From Acutalibacteraceae bacterium (GTDB taxonomy: Bacteria > Bacillota > Clostridia > Oscillospirales > Acutalibacteraceae), in assembly GCA_036310785.1 (NCBI GenBank), contig JAXJRE010000289.1:1-37983 (forward strand): a stretch of DNA of 37,983 bases, given 5' to 3'. A program made the position numbers and the translations under genes. Positions 32,484-37,983 of this stretch are shown here, piece after piece. Position 1 is the first letter of the stretch; every line of letters begins with the position of its first letter. Under the pieces are notes generated by a model that ran no database searches, was not told the DNA's origin, and saw only the letters and a program-made list of their open reading frames with translations.

Positions 32484-34034
32484 TTATTCCCACTCCACGG
32501 TGCCGGGGGGTTTGGAGGTGATGTCGTAGACTATGCGGTTGACTCCGTCAACCTCGTTGGTGATGCGGTTGGAGACGGTGGCAAGGATATCGTAGGGGAT
32601 TCTTGCCCAGTCGGCTGTCATAAAGTCGTCCGTTGTGACGGCACGGATTGCGATGACATTTTCATACGTTCTGTGATCGCCCATAACTCCGACCGATTTC
32701 GATCCTGTGTAAACGCAGAAGAACTGGCTGAGGTTTCTTTCGTAGCCGTTCTTTGACATCTCGTCTCTGAGTACGAAGTCTGCGTCCTGAAGTATTCTGA
32801 CCTTTTCCGCTGTAATCTCTCCGATTATTCTGACGCCGAGTCCCGGGCCGGGGAAAGGCTGACGCCATACAAGCTCATGAGGAATACCGAGCATTTCGCC
32901 GACCTTGCGTACCTCGTCCTTGAAAAGATCCTGAAGCGGTTCTATCGTGCCGAGGAATTCAATATCCTTCGGCTTTTCAACCATATTGTGATGAGTTTTG
33001 ATAACGGCTGTGTTCGCCTTATCCTTGCTCTTGCCCTTGCCGGACTCTATTCTGTCGGGATAGATCGTACCCTGTGCGAAGAAGCCGTCCTTTGCCTGCT
33101 TTCTGACCTCGTTCCAGAATACTTTATAAAACTCCTCACCGATGATCTTTCTTTTCTTTTCGGGATCGACTACTCCCTTGAGCATCGAGAGGAAGTGATC
33201 ACCGCAGTTGACACGGACAAAGTTCATATCAAAAAGAGAGGTGAAGGTCTTTTCAACAAAATCGCCCTCGTCCTTTCTCATAAGTCCCTGATCGACGAAA
33301 ACGCAGGTAAGCTGTTTGCCGACTGCACGGCTGAGGAGAGCCGCCGCAACCGAGCTGTCAACTCCGCCCGAAAGACCGAGAACAACCTTTTTGTCGCCGA
33401 TCTTTTCACGAAGCTTTTCGACCGTGGTGTCGATGAAGCTGTCCATCTGCCAGTCGCCCGAACAGCCGCAGACATTGAAAACAAAGTTTTTGAGCATCTG
33501 ATTGCCGTATTCGGAGTGCGTTACCTCCGGGTGGAACTGAACGGCATAGAGCTTTTTGTCAACGTTCTGCATTGCGGCGCAGGGACAGTTATCCGTCTTT
33601 GCGATTATCTCAAAGCCCTTGGGAGGCTCTGCGATATAGTCAGTATGGCTCATCCATACAACGTTGATCTTCGGAACTTTTTTAAAAAGCAGGCTATCCC
33701 TTGATATTTCAAGGTGAATTTTTCCGTACTCGGAAACGGGAGCTGTGGCAACCTTGCCGTCACCCATCCAAGCCATAAGCTGACAGCCGTAGCAAATTCC
33801 GAGAACGGGAACGCCGATGTCAAGAATATCCTTGGTGTAATGAGGCGACTCCATATCGAAAACAGAGTTCGGACCGCCTGTGAAGATGATACCCTTGTAG
33901 CCTGCCGCTTTGATTGTTTCAAGGTCGGTGGTGTAGGGGAGAATCTCAGCGTAAACGTTGAAATCACGGACTCTGCGGGCGATGAGCTGATTGTACTGTC
34001 CGCCGAAATCGAGGACAAGTATTTTTTCGTTCAT
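32484..34034 (-). CDS. guaA: GMP synthase (glutamine-hydrolysing)
   Basis: GATase domain (GICYGCQLM), ATP-PPase motif SGGVDSS and the conserved C-terminal dimerisation domain ending TVEWE. Confidence 0.97.
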   Translation of the reverse strand: MNEKILVLDFGGQYNQLIARRVRDFNVYAEILPYTTDLETIKAAGYKGIIFTGGPNSVFDMESPHYTKDILDIGVPVLGICYGCQLMAWMGDGKVATAPVSEYGKIHLEISRDSLLFKKVPKINVVWMSHTDYIAEPPKGFEIIAKTDNCPCAAMQNVDKKLYAVQFHPEVTHSEYGNQMLKNFVFNVCGCSGDWQMDSFIDTTVEKLREKIGDKKVVLGLSGGVDSSVAAALLSRAVGKQLTCVFVDQGLMRKDEGDFVEKTFTSLFDMNFVRVNCGDHFLSMLKGVVDPEKKRKIIGEEFYKVFWNEVRKQAKDGFFAQGTIYPDRIESGKGKSKDKANTAVIKTHHNMVEKPKDIEFLGTIEPLQDLFKDEVRKVGEMLGIPHELVWRQPFPGPGLGVRIIGEITAEKVRILQDADFVLRDEMSKNGYERNLSQFFCVYTGSKSVGVMGDHRTYENVIAIRAVTTDDFMTADWARIPYDILATVSNRITNEVDGVNRIVYDITSKPPGTVEWE

Positions 34035-34114
34035 TCTATTCGTCCTTTCGTTAAAGATAGGGACTGCCGTGTTTGAAAAGACGTTTTGCCTTATCGCGAC
34101 ACGACAGTTTTATT

Positions 34115-35389
34115 TTATCTGTAAATAATTTCTTCTCTCTTGGGACCGTTGGAAACCATTGTGATCGGCTTGCCTATCTCTTTTTCAATGAAGAGAACAT
34201 AGTCCTGAGCCTCTTTCGGGAGCTTGTCAAATTCCTTGATGCCCCTGATGTTGCACTTGAAGCCGGGAAGTGTTACAAGAACAGGCTTTGCCTTCTTGAG
34301 CATATGAGTGTTCGGGAAGTCCTTGACGATCTTGCCGTCGATCTCGTAAGCCGTGCAGACCTTGATCTCGTCGAGATAATCAAGACAGTCGAGAGCGGTC
34401 AGGCAAACCTGAGTTGCGCCCTGAACCTCAACACCGTAACGTGTTGCAACACAGTCAAACCAACCCATACGACGGGGACGTCCCGTTGTTGCGCCGTATT
34501 CGCCTGCGTCACCGCCGTGATTACGCATCTTGTCGGCTTCCTCGCCAAAGATCTCGCTGACAAATTCGCCTGCGCCGACTGCCGAGGAATAAGCCTTTGT
34601 AACGGTGATGATATCCTTGATCTCATGCGCCGGAATACCTGCGCCGACTGCGCCGTAGCCTGCAAGAGTTGAGGAAGAAGTAACCATCGGATAGATACCG
34701 AAATCGGGATCCTTGAGCGAACCGAGCTGACCTTCAAGAAGGATCTCCTTGCCGTCCTTGATAGCCTGACGGATAAATGCGCCTGTGTCCGCAACGTAGG
34801 GAGCGATCATTTCCTTGTACTCCATAAGAGTGTTGAACAGCTCGTCCACATCAAGCAGAGGCTTGTGGTAAACATGCTCAAGCAGGAGGTTCTTTACCTC
34901 GCAAACGTTCTTGAGCTTTTCTTTAAGCTCGTCGGGATAGAAAAGGTCGCAGACCTGGAAACCGATCTTTGCATATTTATCGGAATAGAAAGGAGCGATA
35001 CCCGATTTTGTCGAGCCGAACTTTTTGTCCGCAAGACGCTCCTCCTCGTATGTGTCAAGAAGAACGTGGTAGGGCATCATGATCTGAGCCCTGTCGGAAA
35101 CGAGAAGCTTGGGCTGGGGAACGCCCTTTGACATAACGTCGTTGATTTCCTTAACCAGCTTGGGAATATCAAGCGCAACGCCGTTGCCGATGATGTTTGT
35201 GATCTCGGGATGGCATACGCCCGACGGAAGAAGATGCAAAGCAAACTTTCCGTAATCGTTGATGATAGTGTGACCTGCGTTTGCGCCGCCCTGGAAACGG
35301 ATAACAACATCCGCCTTTGACGCAAACATATCTGTGATTTTGCCCTTACCTTCGTCGCCCCAGTTAGCGCCGACTATTGCTCTTACCAA
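34115..35389 (-). CDS. purA: Adenylosuccinate synthase
   Basis: GANWGDEGKGK P-loop and a full-length match. I set the start at TTG 35389 because GGAGG lies 8 nt upstream, whereas the tracked TTG 35404 sits inside that RBS. Confidence 0.95.
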   Translation of the reverse strand: MVRAIVGANWGDEGKGKITDMFASKADVVIRFQGGANAGHTIINDYGKFALHLLPSGVCHPEITNIIGNGVALDIPKLVKEINDVMSKGVPQPKLLVSDRAQIMMPYHVLLDTYEEERLADKKFGSTKSGIAPFYSDKYAKIGFQVCDLFYPDELKEKLKNVCEVKNLLLEHVYHKPLLDVDELFNTLMEYKEMIAPYVADTGAFIRQAIKDGKEILLEGQLGSLKDPDFGIYPMVTSSSTLAGYGAVGAGIPAHEIKDIITVTKAYSSAVGAGEFVSEIFGEEADKMRNHGGDAGEYGATTGRPRRMGWFDCVATRYGVEVQGATQVCLTALDCLDYLDEIKVCTAYEIDGKIVKDFPNTHMLKKAKPVLVTLPGFKCNIRGIKEFDKLPKEAQDYVLFIEKEIGKPITMVSNGPKREEIIYR

Positions 35390-35437
35390 TGAAAGCACCT
35401 CCAAATGAGATATGGAAACAATGTTCCAAACATAGTA

Positions 35438-35466
35438 ATTATAATAGTTTTAGGATGTAATGTCAA
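35438..35466 (-). promoter_or_regulatory. purA promoter: TTGACA, 17-nt spacer, TATAAT (consensus hexamers)
   Basis: On the + strand the hexamers read TGTCAA (35461-35466) and ATTATA (35438-35443). Confidence 0.7.
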
Positions 35467-35548
35467 TGAGAATGACGAAGTTTTTATATGTAAGGAGATT
35501 TTTTGCCGATAAAAGTCGATGGATACTGAGTTTGATATCCAAATTAGA

Positions 35549-35577
35549 TTGACTGCGGTGTATATTGCTGATATAAT
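35549..35577 (+). promoter_or_regulatory. Sigma-A-type promoter: TTGACT, 17-nt spacer, TATAAT
   Basis: Hexamers at 35549-35554 and 35572-35577, 30 nt upstream of ATG 35608. Confidence 0.7.
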
Positions 35578-35607
35578 AAATAGGAATAAGTTTAACCCGG
35601 TGATAAA

Positions 35608-36837
35608 ATGAGTATGAGAAAAGAGATCAAATTCAATAACGGACATTTGAAGGTTCTGCAAATTTCCGACTTGCAGGATAACCGCTTCACCTGTGTTGAT
35701 ACGCTCCGTTTTATGGAGTCCGCAGTTGAGAGCATTAAGCCCGATCTGATCGTGTTCACGGGAGATCAGCTTGATGTTGCGGATTTATGGGGCAAGGGCG
35801 AAAGGTGCCGCCGAAACGTCGAAAAGGCGATAAATGATCTTTTCAGCGTTTTTGAAAAATACGACATTCCCTTTGTGCTTACATTCGGCAATCACGACCG
35901 TGAGACGGGCATTGCAAATGAGGAGCAGGCTAAAGTTTACGCAAGGATGAAAAACTGCATCTGCTTTGACGGTTTTAACGACGGGAGACCTGACGCAGGC
36001 ACATTCAATGTACCTGTTCTTTCCTCGGACGGAAGTAAAACGGCGATGAACATTTATGTTGTTGATACGGGTACGAAGATCAAAGGAAAGTATCAGGGTG
36101 TGCGAAAGGAACAGCTTGAATGGCTTGACAGAACAAGCCGTGAGGTAAATGCGGATTCCATCGTGTTCCAGCACATTCCCGTTGACGAGATATATGAGCT
36201 TCTTGAAAAGGTGCCGAAAGGTACAAAGGGCGCTTACCCTGCCTACGGAACAAGAAAGGGCGGATTTTACAAGCTCAGAGAAGACATAAAGTATAAGGGC
36301 GATTACGGCGAAACTCCTGCGGCTCTGCCCCGTGAATGCGGCGAGTTTGAACAGCTTAAAAAGCAGGGCGATGTCTTTGCCGTTTACTGCGGACACGATC
36401 ATTTTGACAGCTTTATCGGAACGGTTGACGGGATCGACCTCGGCTACTGTCCGGGAGCCGGCTACAATTCCTACGGTAATATTCAGCGAGGCGTCAGAGT
36501 TTTTGAGTTCGATGAAAATGATGTAAGAAACTACAAGACCTACATCGTCAAATACGGCGACGTGTGCAAGAAACCGCTTGCCGAACCGGTCAAGACATTT
36601 ATTTACAGCGTCGGCCCGTCATCTCCGGGAGACGTTCCCGTATTTGCGGCAAAGTGTGCGGTAGGATTGGCGGTGGCTATTCTGGCACTTATCCTGCTTG
36701 CAAAGCTGATAAGTGTGCGGGCGGTAGTGACGGCTCTGCTTTCCGTTTTCGGAATAGCGGCGGTATATTTCATCGGTGCGCTGATATATAATGCGGTTAC
36801 AAGGAAGAAACTGATAAGGAAGTTTTTGAAAAAATAA
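35608..36837 (+). CDS. Calcineurin-like metallophosphoesterase with two C-terminal transmembrane helices
   Basis: SDLQD, GDQL, GNHD and GHDH motifs. The C-terminal ~70 aa are hydrophobic and end in a KK-rich tail. Confidence 0.75.
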   Translation: MSMRKEIKFNNGHLKVLQISDLQDNRFTCVDTLRFMESAVESIKPDLIVFTGDQLDVADLWGKGERCRRNVEKAINDLFSVFEKYDIPFVLTFGNHDRETGIANEEQAKVYARMKNCICFDGFNDGRPDAGTFNVPVLSSDGSKTAMNIYVVDTGTKIKGKYQGVRKEQLEWLDRTSREVNADSIVFQHIPVDEIYELLEKVPKGTKGAYPAYGTRKGGFYKLREDIKYKGDYGETPAALPRECGEFEQLKKQGDVFAVYCGHDHFDSFIGTVDGIDLGYCPGAGYNSYGNIQRGVRVFEFDENDVRNYKTYIVKYGDVCKKPLAEPVKTFIYSVGPSSPGDVPVFAAKCAVGLAVAILALILLAKLISVRAVVTALLSVFGIAAVYFIGALIYNAVTRKKLIRKFLKK

Positions 36838-36839
36838 GT

Positions 36840-37523
36840 TTGTGGAATATGAAAGATTGTGTTTTAAGTTTGTTAAACAAAATAAAAATGGAAAAAACGA
36901 ATGAACATAGGTGGATCGATCTTGAAAATAAGGCACTTTATGGAAATTATGAGGAAAAATTAAGAATTAGTGAGTCACTTGCTGATTATCACTGTGCACA
37001 AAGTGAGAGAATACTCGTTGAAATGCTTAAAGATAAAGAAAGAATTATACGAGCTTCTGCTTGTGATTCTCTTTGTTTTAGTGATTCTTTGAATGTGTTT
37101 AACCACTTGATTCGGATGACATCAGATACAACGGTTTTGGTTAGGGGATATGCTATTTTAAGTTTAGGAGATGTATATTGCAATATGGTAAGCACAGAAA
37201 ATACATTTTCAAATTTAAATTGCTTAGTTATGAAGATGTTTGATAAAGAGCAAAGTGAGTGGCTTAAAATATGTATAGCAAGGACTGCCTATTTAATCGG
37301 TAATCTTAATTTTTTATATTATTTAATTGATTCTATAAATAGTAAATTTTATAAGAATCGATGTTTAGCAGTTAATCTATTAAAAGATTTGGAATTGTCA
37401 CCAGAAGATAAATTGAAGTTGATATCTTTACTGAAGCGTCGCCAAAATATAGAAAAGGTTTATGCAGTAAGTGAATGTATTAAGAGTTATTTGGAAACCA
37501 CAGAAAGGAATGATTTGAAATGA
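36840..37523 (+). CDS. HEAT/ARM-like repeat protein of unknown function; very AT-rich
   Basis: There are about four helical repeats with a recurring hydrophobic-Arg-x-x-Ala/Cys pattern: IIRASACDSL, VLVRGYAILSLG, LKICIARTAYLIG and YKNRCLAVNLL. The start is ambiguous (TTG 36840, ATG 36849 or ATG 36888) and no clear RBS is visible. Confidence 0.5.
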   Translation: MWNMKDCVLSLLNKIKMEKTNEHRWIDLENKALYGNYEEKLRISESLADYHCAQSERILVEMLKDKERIIRASACDSLCFSDSLNVFNHLIRMTSDTTVLVRGYAILSLGDVYCNMVSTENTFSNLNCLVMKMFDKEQSEWLKICIARTAYLIGNLNFLYYLIDSINSKFYKNRCLAVNLLKDLELSPEDKLKLISLLKRRQNIEKVYAVSECIKSYLETTERNDLK

Positions 37524-37983
37524 ACGAAGTAATGAAAACAATACTCGAACGTCAGACGATCAGATCATATAAACCCGATCAGATCACAGACGAACAGCTT
37601 GATATGCTCATCAAGGCGGCAAAGCAGGCTCCGAGCGGAAGAAATATGCAGCCCTGTCATGTCCGTTTCGTTCAGAACAGGGAAATGCTTGAACAGATGA
37701 ACAAGGATTTCAAGGAGCTTGTCGGTTATGACACACCTGCCTACACACGCTGGGACGTCAATCCGGTCTATCACAACGCCCCGACCTTCGCCGTGCTTTT
37801 CGCTGAAGACGAGAGCTATATGGACGGCGGAATTATGTGTGAAAATATCTGCATTGCAGCACAGGGTCTCGGACTCGGAACATGTATAATCGCAAGCGTG
37901 GGTGCGCTCTTTGCCGACGGTAACGAGCAGGGCAACAAGTGGAAAAAGGCTTGGGATATTCCCGAAAACTACAAGTTCCTGAT
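37520..37983 (+). CDS. Nitroreductase-family protein, 3'-truncated by the window edge
   Basis: My own translation from ATG 37520 gives MNEVMKTILERQTIRSYKPDQITDEQLDMLIKAAKQAPSGRNMQPCHVRFV..., which is typical of the nitroreductase fold. The ATG overlaps the TGA stop of the preceding gene (ATGA). The ORF is open to the end of the window. Confidence 0.8.
   Translation, partial: MNEVMKTILERQTIRSYKPDQITDEQLDMLIKAAKQAPSGRNMQPCHVRFVQNREMLEQMNKDFKELVGYDTPAYTRWDVNPVYHNAPTFAVLFAEDESYMDGGIMCENICIAAQGLGLGTCIIASVGALFADGNEQGNKWKKAWDIPENYKFL

Noticed and set aside
32472-32487. A perfect 16-bp palindrome, ATAATTTGCAAATTAT, overlapping the guaA stop codon; a possible att site or operator for the GIY-YIG insert
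   Set aside because: It is almost entirely A/T, and no matching direct repeat was found at the other end of the AT-rich segment. No integrase is present. It cannot be distinguished from chance in AT-rich DNA.
34035-34114. I looked for a purine riboswitch, T-box or PurR box in the purA-guaA gap and in the purA leader (35390-35437).
   Set aside because: The gaps are too short for a riboswitch aptamer plus expression platform, and I did not recognise the conserved purine-aptamer core. The GGAAC-containing near-palindrome in the purA leader matches the PurBox consensus poorly.

Overview
This is a 37,983-bp chromosomal window from an anaerobic Firmicute of roughly 50% GC. Gene content suggests Clostridia, possibly Ruminococcus/Oscillospiraceae-like, but that taxonomic guess is unverified. 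No homology search was possible, so all product calls rest on motifs read by eye in the supplied translations. I count about 35 protein genes and see no rRNA, tRNA, CRISPR array, transposase or integrase.

Most of the window is housekeeping:
- recA-recX-rimO-pgsA-fba, with an SOS box on recA
- groES-groEL, with a perfect CIRCE operator
- purA and guaA
- a fructokinase, a YdjC-type deacetylase and YfcE

The standout is a tight 9-kb co-directional cluster at about 5.8-14.9 kb. It encodes Rex, AdhE, an APH-fold kinase, two small thioredoxin-like [2Fe-2S] ferredoxins, a sensor-type [FeFe]-hydrogenase (HydS, with a Cx2Cx4Cx16C motif and a PAS domain), a PP2C phosphatase and a catalytic-type [FeFe]-hydrogenase. 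I read this as an H2/redox-sensing phospho-signalling module joined to its two likely electron-sink outputs. Its signalling mechanism is essentially undescribed.

Other items worth a second look:
- a MacB/FtsX-type ABC pump whose 1255-aa permease carries a ~440-aa coiled-coil insert
- two sharply AT-rich single-gene inserts: a GIY-YIG/DUF4357-like nuclease right after guaA, and a HEAT-like repeat protein wedged between two ~50% GC genes
- an unusual inverted array of 7-bp-period repeats (UAG-N4 x5) at the left edge
- a near-identical double-hairpin terminator module at two convergent gene junctions
- a DUF1232 gene broken by one in-frame TAA

The many long antisense ORFs in the track are codon-aligned shadows of real genes and are rejected.
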